From contig LSRY02000045.1 of the NCBI GenBank assembly GCA_001643675.2, positions 62,001 to 126,000 of the forward strand: 64,000 bases of DNA, in the 5' to 3' direction. The notes below the pieces were generated by a model, which had not been told where the DNA came from, made no database searches, and was given only the letters and a program-made list of their open reading frames with translations. This document shows, piece after piece, positions 1 to 13,558 of the stretch (positions are counted from its first letter, which is position 1; the number at the start of each line of letters is the position of its first letter). This DNA is from Monocercomonoides exilis PA203. Lineage: Eukaryota; Protista; Preaxostyla. The position numbers were made by a program, and so were the translations under genes.

Positions 1-2737
1 TTCAAAATGAAAATTATTAAGATAATCAACTATTCTATCAATTGAAGAAGATGGAGAAATTGTCTTTTCTATTGGGACAGTTGGTGGTTGTGAGAAAGAT
101 GATTGTTCTGGAGCAAATGATGGAGAATTCTGCAGAGAGGACAAAGAAAAATTATGATATGCGTTAGATGTTGAATTTTTCGCGTTTAAAAACAGCAGTG
201 ATGATTGTGGTGAGTTTCCTGAAGGTGATGAAGAATTTGAATCAAAAGGAGAAGATGCTGTGAATGCTACTGAAGTTGGGGAAGAAGAGAACGCAAAAAG
301 CGATTCTTGAATAACTGTTTGAGAGGTTCTTGTGGATTTTTCATTTTGGAATGGAGTCTTCATAGAACATTCTGATAAATGAAATGAACCGTCTTCAGTT
401 GCTGAAAAGGGAGAGGAGGGAGGGGAGGGAGGGGAGGGAGATGAGGGAGATGAGGGAGATGAGGGAGATGAGGAAGAGGATGAGGAAGAGGAAGAGGAAG
501 AAAAAGAGGAAGAGGAAGAGGAAGAGGAAGAGGAAGAAAAGAGGAAGAGGAAGAGGAAGAGGAAGAGGAAGAGGAAGAGGGAGAGGGAGAGGAAGAGGAA
601 GAGGAAGAGGAAGAGGAAGAGGAAGAGGAAGAGGAAGAGGAAGAGGAAGAGGAAGAGGAAGAGGAAGAGGAAGAGGGAGAGGGAGAGGAAGAGGAAGAGG
701 AAGAGGAAGAGGAAGAGGGAGAGGGAGAGGGAGAGGAAGAGGAAGAGGAAGAGGAAGAGGGAGAGGGAGAGGAAGAGGGAGAGGGAGAGGAAGAGGGAGA
801 GGAAGAGGAAGAGGGAGAGGGAGAGGAAGAGGAAGAAGATGAAGAAGTGTGAGGCGGTTCAGAAGAAGAAGAGAAAAAAGATAAAGAAATAAGATCTTTT
901 TGTGTGGATGGTAAAGTTTGGTGAAGTTGCAATGAAGAAGAGGAAGGTGAAGGGGAACAAGAAGAGGAGGAGGAGGATACAGAAGAAGATGATGAAGTAA
1001 TAAATGAATAATTAGGAATAGAATTAAAAGAAGGAGGAGGAGAAGAAGAAGAAGAGGAAGAAAAGGATAATGAGGAAGAGGAAGAGGAAGATGATGATAA
1101 CAGAGGCAAAGGAGGAAGTGCAGAAGTTGATGATGCTTGGATAGAAGTTGAAGTTGAAACATCTTCTGCAGCCGGTGATGAGGAAGGAGACAGAGAAGAA
1201 GGCTGAGCTGAAGTTGTTGTTGCTGAGGAAGCTGATGCAAAAGGAGAGGATGAGGAGGAAGAAGAATTGATCTCATTTTTCAATGAAGAAGTGTTCGCAT
1301 GAGAATGATATGATACATTGGAAAGATCACTTTCAGAGTTAATATTGCTCACGTTAGGCGGAGGAAATGAGCGATCAACTGAAGCAGATAATGATGAGGA
1401 GAAGATAAGTGGTGTTCCAAGTGAAGAAGAAGAGGAAGAAGATAAAAAAGGACAAGATGAAGAGGAAGTGGAAGAAGATGAATTGCGTTCAAGGGATGCG
1501 GGGAAAGGGGATGAAGATGGGGGAGAAGAGACATCGGGTACGGAAATGATGTGGAAAGAGGAGATGTTGGTGAAGGAGTTGGGTGAGGAAGAAGAAGAGG
1601 AGCAATGCAATGAAGAAGATAACAATGGCTGAGAAGGATTTGAAGCCGAAGAGTTATTATCATTTGATGATGACGGAAAGTTTGACATCATTGATTGATC
1701 AGTATTATTCTTCAATTGTGGCAATGTTGAATGAATGAATGAAGAACTCGACGTGAATGAAGAAAATGAGCTTGTTGATGTATTTCCCAGTGGAGATGCA
1801 ACTGATGAAACTGGAACAGAAAAGGAAGGAGACGAGATATTTTTTGTTGAAAGATTATTGAACAAATTGGTCGGTTTTGTCTCTGTTTGAGAAAACTCAT
1901 GAAAAAGTGATGATGTTGATGGCAAAGGAAGAGAAGCACTTGATGAAGAATGCGCTAAAGAGGAAGAAGTGTTCATTGAAGAAATAGGAGCAAAGGAGGA
2001 TAAATGAAATGTGTTGAAAGGAGAGTCAGGTGAAATAGAAGGTGGAGATGAGAAAGGAGAAGGAAATGAAGACAATGATGAAGAAGACGATTGTGCATGA
2101 AGAGGGAGAAATGAAAATGCTTCTTTTCTTTTATCTTCTTCTTCATATCTCCTGCTCGATGATGTGTCGCTTTCTTCATCAAAACTGAGCAAGAATTCCT
2201 TACTGAAATTTTCATTTATTTCACTTCTTCTAAATGTATTTTCTTTCGGAAGCAGTTTCCTTTTTCTTTGTTGAATCCAATTAGCATCATCATATAAGGA
2301 TATTTCTATATTGTATCCGTATTCATTTCGTAATTCCTTTTGTGTATAATTTTCTGTTAATGCAATAATCATCTTATTCTTGATGGGAGCAGAAGCATCA
2401 TTGAACGCAAACTTCAATTCTTTCACAAGACACGTGAGAGGTGCTTCAAAGAAGGTTTCGAAAGAAAGATAAATTTATAAATTAGGAAAAAAATGTTAGC
2501 ACAAAGGAAAATGATGGAAAAAAATTTAGAATCATTTCAATAAAAAAACAAACAAAGAGGTGATTTCATGTAATCAAAACAAAGCAATTTGCCTAAATCG
2601 TTTTCATTCACGAACTTCGTAAACACAAGCAAGGCTCTATCGTATGGCATATTGCGAAGCAATTCTTCGATGCTGTCAACGTCTGCTTTAATTGACTTCC
2701 TGCTCATTCCATGATGTTTTCTTCCAGTATTGAACAT
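1..2737 (-). CDS. 5' part of a putative Sola-like transposon gene related to 9607-13549: N-terminal domain plus long Ser-rich region, running off the left edge
   Basis: Exon 1 is 2737-2554, followed by a phase-1 intron 2553-2444 (GTTTGT..TTTGAAG); exon 2 joins ORF 360-2426 in frame. KSPL|SPLTCLVKELKFAF...IIALTENYTQKELRNEYGYNI aligns with KSLN|EYYEILLKDLSVVY...ILQALSRNASLSELLDYGFDI of the 9607 gene. One missing base at 537-540 shifts the frame; restoring it leaves the frame open to base 1. Confidence 0.65.
410..845. repeat. (GAGGAA)n/(GAGGGA)n hexamer microsatellite encoding poly-Ser/Ser-Pro on the minus strand
   Basis: Directly visible tandem hexamers. Confidence 0.95.
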
Positions 2738-3271
2738 AGAAAAATATCTTTTCTTCAATTTTATCAGCAAGAAATAAATATTGATTGAAGATAGTTAAAA
2801 ATAATGAAAATACAAAATTATGAAATTTCAAATAATGAATTCAGTGCTGTTCTTAACCTCTTTCACTCAGATGAATAGAAAATGAAAACAGGAAAAAATG
2901 TTTTTAAGTGATTTTTGATCAGAAATATACAAATAACTTGTGCATTTTGCGCGATCCAAAAAACTTTATTTTCCTATTCTAATTTGTATTTTTGATCAAA
3001 TTGTGCTGAACAAAACAAAAACAATTCATGCCCAAATTGCCATGATCTTTGAAAATAAAAAAAAAATTTCCAAACATGAATATTCGTTATTTATTCTTTA
3101 TTATTAATGAAAAAAAATAAAACTTGCACACTCAGACTAAAATTTGAAGTTCAAACTGATTTAAACATTCATTTCTTGAAATTGTGTCATTTTGGAAACT
3201 TTCATTCGGAAAAGTTCTTGAAGAAGTTGATAAAGAACTGACTGAAAGAATCGTAAACATTTGAACAAGAA

Positions 3272-6220
3272 TTGGGGCTTGAAACTGCTGAGCAAATCAA
3301 TGCAAAATTCGAAGACGATATTGTGAATATTTTTTTGTCAGAACTGATAAACAAGAAATGTCATTATTCAAGGAAAAAATACAGGAGAACAGAAGAAGTT
3401 CAAATCAGAATTAACGATACAAATATTTCTCTCATCAGTGATCCTCTTTCGGATGCGTTGAACAGAATATTTTCAATGATATCTGGAGAAACAACACTTG
3501 AGACATTGGAAATGGAAGGATTCCGCCTTGCAGAAAAGGAAAATGCATCATCAGCCACAACACTTCCTGGAAAGACTAACCTGTTTGCTCCGCTGCAGTA
3601 TTCAACCAACAACATACTGCAAAACGACAAGATGGGGGCTGATGCAGACAACTCTGAACATTCCGAGCAAATTGGCAATGCCGAACATGAAAAAATGCCT
3701 CCACATATCTGGAATTAGTTATCAAGAAGCCGTGCTTTTCTAAAGAAAACGATATAAGTTGTGGATTCCTTGCGGAGCGTCACATAATTTGTGGAAGAGC
3801 TTAACCGACGTTTTATTTTTTCAATCTTCTGTTCAAATCCAATCCTGTTAAAGTGTGTGACGAGCAGAGTTGGCGGTGCATTCATACATTCATCATTGCA
3901 ACCTGCCCAATTTGCACGTTTCACAACTGTACGAGTCGCTATTTCTTAAACAGGGAGAAGGAAGTGATGGTGCTTCACATTCACACCATTCATCTGTGTT
4001 TAATGGTGGGGCAGGATGGAATGATGAAAGAAGGGAAATATCAGTATTTGAAAAGCAGTCACGTCAAAGATTATCAATTCGGCTGGGAGGCTCAAAACTC
4101 CTGCAATTCTTTCCTTTTAAAAATCATTTTCTATTCAGTGGATGAGACATGCCTCATCAACGCAAACAACAGAAAAGCTTTCTTTGATTGGCTCTCCTCC
4201 GAACAGCACATCTCTGTCGCTGAGTACACCACCAAATCCATTGGAGCATATTTCCCATCATCAGATTTCGCACAAGAACCAGTTTTCCTTCTCTCAAAAC
4301 AGACAATCAACGTTTGCCTCGCTCTTTTCTGACCAATACGTCATCGAAACAGGCTATGCACCATCAACTTGAGCATTTTCGTTTACGACTTTTGCTTTTT
4401 ACACTCTCATTCAGTCTGCAGCTCCAATGTTTTTTCAGTCGACTGGACAGCAGATACCATTTCACCGATCGGCTTCTCTTTCTGTGTTTTTTTCATTAAC
4501 AACATCACGAAGCACAACAGCCTCGTTTTTTCGCCAGTCCTTTGGGCATTCTCGAAACGGCTCCTTCTCTTTCCGTGCATGTGGCAGGTTCAACCACAGA
4601 TCGTTTTCATCTGTCAGCTCGCATCAGCCTGTTCGTGCATTGACACACGAGCAGAATACTATTTTCTTTTTAAAGAACAAGCAGCTCAAGTTTGACGTGG
4701 TGGAGTTACGAGTAACTCCCGATCCAACATCTCCTCTTCAGTCCGTTCCAGATGACCAGCCATATGTGTGCAGCTTTTGCGAAATGAGGTTTGTGTTAGT
4801 TGTGTCGCTTCCAACACACATCCACCAGGCATACTCGAAGATGGACATGACGGAGCTGATAAAGCAGCTTTTCGAAGCGGAGAGAGAGTATCTGCTCAGA
4901 GGAATGAAGAAGATAACAATGTTGGAGAAGTTGCTGCACATTGTTTTGCACATCTTCAATTCGTATGAACTGTCTACGCTGAAGTCAACAGAAAACATCC
5001 ATTCTCAACAAGTGATCCAACAACAGCAAAGACAACAACAACAATTCAGTTCATTTGGAGCAAGCGCATCTGCGTCACAGCCTTATTCCCTCGATTTGCT
5101 GTCTGAGAAGAAGATTCCATTTAGTTTCAGAGGAGATGCGAAGAAGCGTTAAGGAGATGAAATTAGCCTAATCGAATTCAACAGAATGGGCGGTGGTCTT
5201 TCACATTCTGGTGGCTCAACGTCTTCAATTGCAACAGTCTCATCAGAGTCAATAACAGTTTCGTCAACCAACACGTACACCTCTGCCTTTGTTGACTCTG
5301 TTTCCTCATCTTCAACTTCTGAGCTCTAAAACTATAGATATTCTCCATTATCTACTGAATCTTCTCTGCCTTCCTCAATTATGACATTCATGCAACCTTC
5401 TTCTTTATCATATTCAACTTCTTCTATGAGTGAATATGGACCAGTGTCACACTACAGCATTTTCCGCTCAATCGGAGCAATTTCGCGGAATGTGCTTTCA
5501 CTCGACAAGATTTCAATGGGAATTGCGCGATCAGGTTCTGTTCTGATCCAACCGCCACCCGAGCCGCTGATTGCAAACCTTGTCACTTTATTTTATACAT
5601 CGTTAGTCAGCTCGTCAGTTGTGCTTTCGTTCACCTCTGTCATTCTTGAGTTCTTTGTTCAGCTTTTGTAGTGGCGGACTGCCTTTGCGAATCGACTTGA
5701 TGCTGAACTTTGTTATCTGATAATAAAAATTGTTGAATCGCTGACTTAGACGACTCAAAGCGTGGATGTTTCAGCGGAAAAAATCGATAAAATGCGTAGA
5801 CTTTCATCTGAGTTTTCAGACTTTCTCGTCAGAAGAATCGATTTTCAGATAAAGTTTAATGATGTGAACGAAGAGATCACTCAGATTGTGAAATATCAAC
5901 CAGAAGGCAACGAGAAGATTTTGTCACTTCTGAATGAGTCGACGGAATCGTACAGCGCTTTGGAGAAGACTCATGCAGAATTTTTGGTGGAGCTGGAAAC
6001 GAAGAAGAGTCAGCTTGTGGAATATCTCTTGCACAACCAAGAGGACTTTGTGTCCGGTCTATCAGTTTTGGTGGAAGGTGCGTCTTCGGCTCTTGCTCTG
6101 CTGAATGATCCAGAGAGAGACACAGATATGCAGACAGAGACTGCCCAGCGTTATTTTGACCATGTGAAGGAGAAGAAAGCAAAGCAGCGGGAGCTCAACA
6201 GGGATGAGGTGCTTTTGTGA
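3272..6220 (+). pseudogene. Fragmented coding-like region of unknown family, C-terminal part coiled-coil-like
   Basis: Successive + ORFs (3272, 3853, 4427, 5381, 5762) in shifting frames with coding-like composition. No recognisable domain. Confidence 0.35.
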
Positions 6221-7479
6221 TGAAATTGAAAACTTTTCGACAATTGAACGATTTGGATGGGGAATTACATTATGAACGAAACCTGTTTGTTCTCATTGAT
6301 GATAAATGAAGGTTTGTAACGAAAAAATGAGATGATCCTGTTGCGGAAAAAAAAACTTGTCAGAGGAGAAAGAGCCTAAAAACAATCTCCTCATCATCAA
6401 GCAATAATTAAATGCAAACTATTAATGTCCATCACAGTGTGCTCTTTTTGAAAAGTTATTTATTCTCGATGAGCCTGAATTATCAAATTGATTCTCAAGA
6501 CTCTTTTGTCGTAAATATTTTTCTCTCCACCCCTCCTTACTATTTTAAAAAAATAATTTTAAAACAGAAAAAAATTTTTGAGTGATATTAAAATATCTGT
6601 TTTCAATAATAAAAATGAACTTTTTGAAAGAAAATTCCAATACCATCATCATTTTACCAAATCTTTCTTCAGAGATTAAGATATTGGAAATAATTTTTTT
6701 AGATTATTTGTTTTATTTTGTCATAAAGTTTTCAATAAGAATAGCTAGCTTTCATTTTTTTAAGATGCAATGGTAAATACCACATTAATCAAGAAATTTC
6801 ATTTCATTTCCAATAAAAATGCAAGTGGAATCTATTTCAAAATAGGAGTGAAGTGAAGAAAATGTGAACAAAAAATTGTCATATAAAAATATCGTTTTTA
6901 ATCGAAAAATATTTTTTGCACGATATTATGCCAATTAAGAGACCAATATCAATAAACTGAATATATTTTCATAATTGTACTTGTTAAAGAAACGATTGTC
7001 ACGATATGTTTTAGAATTATTCTCAAAAACAAAAACACATCATTTAACATTTTCTAACAAATAACATTTTAATGAATATTATCAATAAAAATCTCTATTA
7101 ACAAAATCAAAATTTGAAGATATGAAAACAAAGTTTTTTTTAGAAATTCTTCAACAACCCATTTTTGATTATTCTCAATGTGAGTTGTTCATTAGTTAAA
7201 GATTTTGGAATGAAGTTCACAACTGAAGAGTTATTTTGATATTTCGTTTACACAATTATAAAAGTTTTCAAATGCTAATGCGAAAAAATGCTATCCGGAT
7301 TTTTATTAACAACCTTTTAAAATTACATTGTTTAACAAAATTTTCTGCAAGATTTTTCGAAAGAATAATTTTAAAAACGTGTGGATTGATTTTTTTATTG
7401 TCATGATTAACATTGATTTTTTGTGAATAAAGAAAGATTATCCAAAAGTTTTCTTTATTTACATCATCTTTTTCAAATT

Positions 7480-8724
7480 TGTTTCAATATTTCATAGTGA
7501 ACAAACTGTCATTTGTTGTGCTATCCTACACAACTTCAACAGTCCTGACACTTCTCTTTATGCCTTCAACGCTTCTTTTAACTATCAAACACGATTTTTA
7601 TCAAATTGTCTTGTAAAATATAATGGATCTGAATCTCACAGAGAGAAATTAAGTAGATTATCCTTTACTGATTTGAATAGAAATCTCTTCGAATGGTGCG
7701 AATGGAACGATTCAACTGGTGGTAGTGATCATAGTGGTGCGCTTTATGTTTCTTGTACAAATGCCAATCTCACAATCATTTCTTTTTAATTCAATAATTG
7801 GTTAACCGAAGATCATGGAGGAGCGTTGTGCTGAAATTGTTTGTTGAATATTGATATGATAAAATCCAATATTTCAAATTATTTGCTGCTCATGGAGGAG
7901 CAGTCCATACTACAAATCCACAGCAAAATTCTGCTTATTACCATTCAGAAAACAAAGTCGAAAATTGTTCTATCACAAATTGGTGTGGAACTGGTTTGTA
8001 TTTTTATATTGGTGCTTTTCCATCAAACAGTCAATTCCTGTTAACAAAATGCCAGTATATTTCAAATTCTGGTGGTAATTCTGCTGGTTCTCTCACATTT
8101 CCAAGTCCACCAGGAAACGATCCAAATCAATTTTTTGTTAATGAGTACCAATTCATAAACAACAAATTGACAAGTTCAACATCAACTCTTGGCGGGGCAG
8201 GTATTTATTTGTACGTCACTTATTCCTGGATGAGCGGAAATAAATTCATCACATTCTGTTTTTTCGATGGCAACACTGCAGCCAATGGCAGAGGAAATGA
8301 CGTGTTCTTCAGTGGAAGCAGTATCACCCAATCTCCATTCGAGAATTGTGGCTCAACAACTCCAACAAAAAGAGTGTATAATAATGGACAAGATGATAAC
8401 GCTGTGTATAATGGCTGGCTCCCCCTCATTGCCCAGAACAAAATCGTTGCCAGCAATGGAACTGATGCCGATGCCTGTGGCAGACCCCAACAAACCCCAT
8501 GCGCCACCATCGAGTATGCCCTCACCGGCTTCATTTCCCTTCTGCAAGATGCCTTCCTCACACTTCTCACCTCAACGTTTGTTCCTCTTCAAACACCAAC
8601 CTTCCGTTCCACAAATGCGAAAATCACAGAAAACGGAAAAATTCCTCAATTGCATCCAGTGCAACAAAATGACAACATTTTCAATCATCATGTTAATTTA
8701 TTTCTTTTCCATCATCGCACATAA
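7480..8724 (+). pseudogene. Fragment of beta-helix (pectin-lyase/PMP-like GGA-repeat) surface protein family
   Basis: GGAL/GGAGIY motifs, FDGNTAANGRGNDVFF and the NGTDADACG..QTPCATIEYAL motif. Stops/frameshifts upstream of 7996 and truncated at ~8640. Confidence 0.7.
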
Positions 8725-9179
8725 CCTCTTCACTCAAACGAAAAAAATGTATTATATGTTCAGTATATAATTATTAAAGATATTTTGTACGAATATTTTT
8801 TGAATTATTGAAATGATTGAACCATTTAGCACATGAAATAGAACAGACTTTTTTTTTCACAATTTCAAAAATCAAACACTATGAAGTTATTATTTTCATT
8901 TCAAATGACAACTTGCACACGCTAGCATTTTAATATCATTTTTGTTTAAAATCAACTAGTTTCCAGCTGTAATATTAATTCATTTGATAAAGATAAAAAA
9001 ACCTTTTTCTCAAATAAATTTTCTCTTAGATAATTAATTTATTACCAAACAGAATTTTTGAGAATAAAATAAACATCAACATATGATAATAATTTTTTAC
9101 ATCTGCAATAAATTAACATTTTAAATTGAAAATTAATATAAAACAAAATTTAATATTTTCTTAATATCAAATATGTCGA

Positions 9180-9406
9180 AAGATCATGGGCGTTTTGGTC
9201 ATTTTATTTTTTTGCTTAAAACAGCATAAAATGATATTTTCAGCTTGTAAAGAACAGAAAAAGTGACTTTCAATGTTGACCAAAATGCACAAATAATTTG
9301 GTTTTATTATGATCATTAATTTTGGGAATGTGATATTTGTTTGAATATTATTCATTTAATTTGTGAATATTATTGCTTTAATAATGCTTTCTAGTCATCA
9401 GAAAAT
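9180..9406 (+). repeat. Left terminal inverted repeat
   Basis: AAGATCATGGGCGTTTTGG...TCATCAGAAAAT is the reverse complement of 14534-14760. Confidence 0.95.
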
Positions 9407-9606
9407 AGTTTTGTAATTTTAATCGTTCAATATGAGGTTAAAAAAAATTCTGAAACATATATTTCTTATTTGAGCAAAAATATTGATATTTGGTTTTGTT
9501 TATCGAAATTTTTATATTGAAAGTGCAATTAAAACAATAATTGTTGAGCTGTTAAACTTTTATTAATTGATAATAATTCCATAATAAATTGAAAAAAATC
9601 ACAAAT

Positions 9607-12600
9607 ATGTCCTTTTCTAAACAAGAGTCAACTCTAAATTCACGATGCAACGTTCTGTGGAAAGAAATACAACGCATCGGTGGAAATGACGTTGATTCAT
9701 TGCTCGTCTATTTGTTTTACAACTACAGAAAATCATCTGCAGTTATAAATGATTTACTGAAATCCTTGAATGGTATCGACTTCATAATTTTTTGATTGAT
9801 AATAACTTATATTTTTCTCTTGAAATATTAATTTTTAATTAATATTTGTTATTTTGTTATTAAAAAAACTTAGAATATTACGAAATACTTCTGAAAGATC
9901 TCTCAGTTGTGTACAAGCATGCACAATTGCACACGCAAACGATGATCCTACAAGCACTCAGCCGCAACGCATCATTATCTGAACTTCTGGACTATGGATT
10001 TGACATCACTGAAGGAAAATATAATTATGCAAAACAAACTCTAACAAAAAACCAAGGATTTTTAATACCAGCACAATTGCCTCACCCACCATCATGTAAA
10101 AGTGGTTTGTATTAAATTTTATAATGATTTCTTTTTTTACTATTTTTTTATTTTTTCAATTATTTTTTTTTTATTTTTTTTTTTAAGGTCTTTATGAACA
10201 AGATTGGGAAAAGGGCAACAATTGGATGTTGGCCCATTCCACAGAAGCATCAACGTCATTGCAATCAGCCAAGAAAAGATCAAAAAAGGTTCCAGATTAC
10301 GCACAGTTCATTGAGGAATCTGCATGGGATAATATTATCATTACAGAAAAAAATAATTCTCACAATATACAATCTTCTCCATCAGAAAAATTATGCCAAC
10401 AAAATAAAAAATCAAATATTATATCAGAAAAAAAATCTTCTCCATCTCATGCAGTTAACGATCCTATTAACACTCCACTTCGAGCTGAAAGATGGACTAC
10501 AAAAATCAAACAAAATAATACACTTCATTACCGTCGAACTTCTCCATCACCAATACCATTTCATAAACAAGTTAAACAAAAATCTCCCATTTCATCATCA
10601 TCTTCTTCCTCTCCTTCTTCTTCTTCTTCTTCCTCCTCCTCCTCCTCCTCCTCATCTTCATTTTCATCATCATCTTCATTTTCATCATCATCTTCGTCAT
10701 CATCATCTCCTTCTCCCTCTCCCTCTCCTTCTCCTTCTCCCTCTCCCTCTCCCTCTCCCTCTCCTTCTCCTTCTCCTTCTCCTTCTTCCTCTTCCTCTTC
10801 ATCATCATCTTCATCTTCATCTTCTTCCTCTTCCTCTTCTTCCTTTTCGATCAAAGTGAAAAGAAAAGATACAATCAATACTTCTCCAGAAGACAAAGCA
10901 ACTTCATCTTTTCGCAACGAAAATATGTGGGTTAGCGGCCAACTTATGGAATATGTCACCTCACCCACTCTTATTCCTCCTCATGCGTTCCAAAATCTAG
11001 TCTCATCTTTCACAAAAGAGAGCAACATTTCAACACAACAACAAAAGTCACAGTTTATTACAAGAGATAATTCAACAAATTTTGATCCGTTTATTTCTTC
11101 TTCATCCAAATCAACGGCTAATGTTTTAAAATTCACACCAAATACTCCATTAAAAACAGTAAAAGGGTTGGCAAATCTTGGAAACACATGTTACTTGGCA
11201 TCTCTTCTGCAATGCTGGTCCTCGATCTGCAGTTCAAAACCAACGATCTTCACAAAAACACATTCAAATAAGACATTATCTTCTCGAATGATGAGTATTT
11301 GCAATCAAATCCTCAAAGATGGAACAAAAGTGCATTCATGGATCCCATCAGTTGTTAGCAAATGGGAAGACTTTTGCGGATATGGAAGCAAACAGCAGCA
11401 GAATGTTTCAGAAGCTTTCGAAAATCTTCATAAATTGTTTGAAAAAGACGGATTATTAAAACAAGATAGTTTCAATCCAGTTATAATTTCACATATGAAA
11501 TGCGTGAAATGTCAAAAACTCACATCACATATCGACAACATCAACAATAGCATAATCATCAATTCTTCATCTACTCACAATGGTTTATCTTCTTTGTTTT
11601 CAACTGAAATACTGGATGGAAAAAATAGTGTATATTGTGAAGAGTGCAAAGAAAAATGCTGTACTGCTTGTTGGGAGGAAATGATTTCATTTCCAGAAGT
11701 ACTAGCCCTCTCCCATGAATGTGCTGATTCTGCTAGTTCTCCACCTTCTCGAACACTTCTTATCGAGACTGATATGTCGAATAAACGTTCATTTTGCAAA
11801 GGATTTGCAAATGAAAATAAAACTTCATTTTACAAAAAAAATAAAGAAACAACATTCTATCACTTAATTGGACAAATCCTTCATAAACAGTTTGATAATA
11901 GCAATGGTCATTACATAGCCGTTGTGGAAAGAAATAAAGGAATGAAAAAGATGTGGATCACCTGTAACGATGATGATATTGATGTATTTGACAGTGATAA
12001 ATGGTCAAAGTCATGGAAAGATCTCTTTTCTCAGGGCTATATTCCTTCTTTATCATTCTACGTGAAAGAGAAATCACAATCAACTCAACCAAGTGTCCAA
12101 TTTGGTGGTCACTCTTCTTCATCTTCCTCTTCACAATCCAAAAATATCAACAATTCGTCCACAGAAACAACTCCCCCGTCGTCGTTCATCACACCACCTC
12201 ATCGAACAACTTCCATTCCTCCACTCTCTTCGTCTATTTCAACAAGTTATGGATTAGAAGCACTTAAAGAAAAAAGAAAGAAAACGGGCATCTTTTCTCC
12301 CAACGAAAAGAGATTAATCTTCAAGCCAAAAACGAAATTATGGAAAGAGTTTTCAGAAGAAACAAACATCAAAGTTTCTCTGTCACATTTCTACAAACTC
12401 ACCACCAATTTCTCCAAAGCGAAAAGACGAACGGATCTCTGCGGCATGTGTGAGAAGTTGAACTATCTGGAAAACAAATTGAAGTCATCGCAAAACAAAA
12501 ATGGACTGTCTGAAGCAGAGTTCCATTCACTTAAATTACTTCGACAACATCGTCTTGTTGCAGAAATGCAACGAAAACATTATCAATCAACTGTCGACAA

Positions 12601-13549
12601 TCTGAAAGAGGGAGAAGCAGTCTTCGTCTTCGACTTCAAAGAGAAATGGAAACTCCCCATCAGAAAAAATCAACTTCAACAAGAATTCTTTAATTACCAA
12701 CAAGTTTCTCAATTCACAATCATCTCTCTTCAAAAAATTAATAATCAACAAATAAAAAGAACTTTCAACTTCTTCTCCGACTGCCTCTCAAATGATCACA
12801 GATTTGTTATTGAGTGTCTGGAATCTGTGATCAAAAGACACTTCTTCTCAGACACTCACACTTTTAAGTTCTTCTGTGATTCGGGTCCACACAACCGAAA
12901 TCGCTTCCTCCTTCACTTCATTCTCTCCAAACAATCCAAACTTCTCAAAAAGAAAAATACACAACTCAACTTCTTCGCTGAGCACCACGGAAAGAATATT
13001 TGTGATAGTGAATTTGGTGCATTAGTTAATTCTATCGACAACAATCTTTCAACTGAACACATCGCTTCACTTCATGACTTAATCAACTTCTTCGAAAGCA
13101 ATATGAATGTTTCGACATCTGTTTCATCATCATCACAATTTAATGTTTTTGAATCATCCTCATCAAGCAACTCCCCATCGTCATCATCTATCAAGGAGTG
13201 TGTGCATGAGAGGTACTTTGAAGAGTATGTACCATCTCAGCAAATTTCATGGCCTTCACTGTCAGTCCCTCACATGAAGGACTACTTATTCTTTGAGCGC
13301 AAGGGCTCATTTGTCTGTGCATCTGCTGTTGGATATCTTCCTCAACGCTCTCTGGTTGCACTCGAATCTTCAACAATGAAAGAAAAAGTTCAACGTTCAA
13401 GAAAGTCATTTCACTCTGATATCACATCATCTAACTCTTCTCTTCTTTCTCAATCTTCTCAAGATCTTCTTTCAAGAAGATTTGATCTTCTTCTTGACTC
13501 TTCATCTTTAAATGAATCTCAAAATTGTATTAATGGTGTTCCTTTTTAA
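9607..13549 (+). CDS. USP (peptidase C19) domain-containing Sola2-like DDE transposase, ~1252 aa
   Basis: Exons 9607-9772, 9874-10104 and 10188-13549 join in frame through two GT..AG phase-1 introns. USP ~11165-12070: GLANLGNTCYLASLLQC, QQQNVSEAF, CVKC/CEEC, GHYIAVV, WITCNDD, FYVK. Transposase ~12300-13350: VSLSHFYKL, RRTDLCGMC..H, FDFKEKW, FCDSGPHNRN, FFAEHHGKNICDSEFG. Confidence 0.88.
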
Positions 13550-13558
13550 GAAACTAGT

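Larger units (their letters stand above)
1..3049 (-). mobile_element. Partial TIR DNA transposon of the same family as 9180-14760 (only one end in window)
   Basis: 2931-3049 (AAATAACTTGTGCATTTTG...ATGCCCAAATTGCCATGATCTT) resembles the TIR at 14641-14760 (AAATTATTTGTGCATTTTG...ATGACCAAAACGTCCATGATCTT) with similar spacing. It lies upstream of the homologous gene. Confidence 0.65.

Noticed and set aside
384-1276. ORFs encoding (RG)n and (LP)n
   Set aside because: Alternative frames or strands of the GAGGAA microsatellite. The same applies to the Phe/Leu-rich antisense ORFs over 57996-61570.
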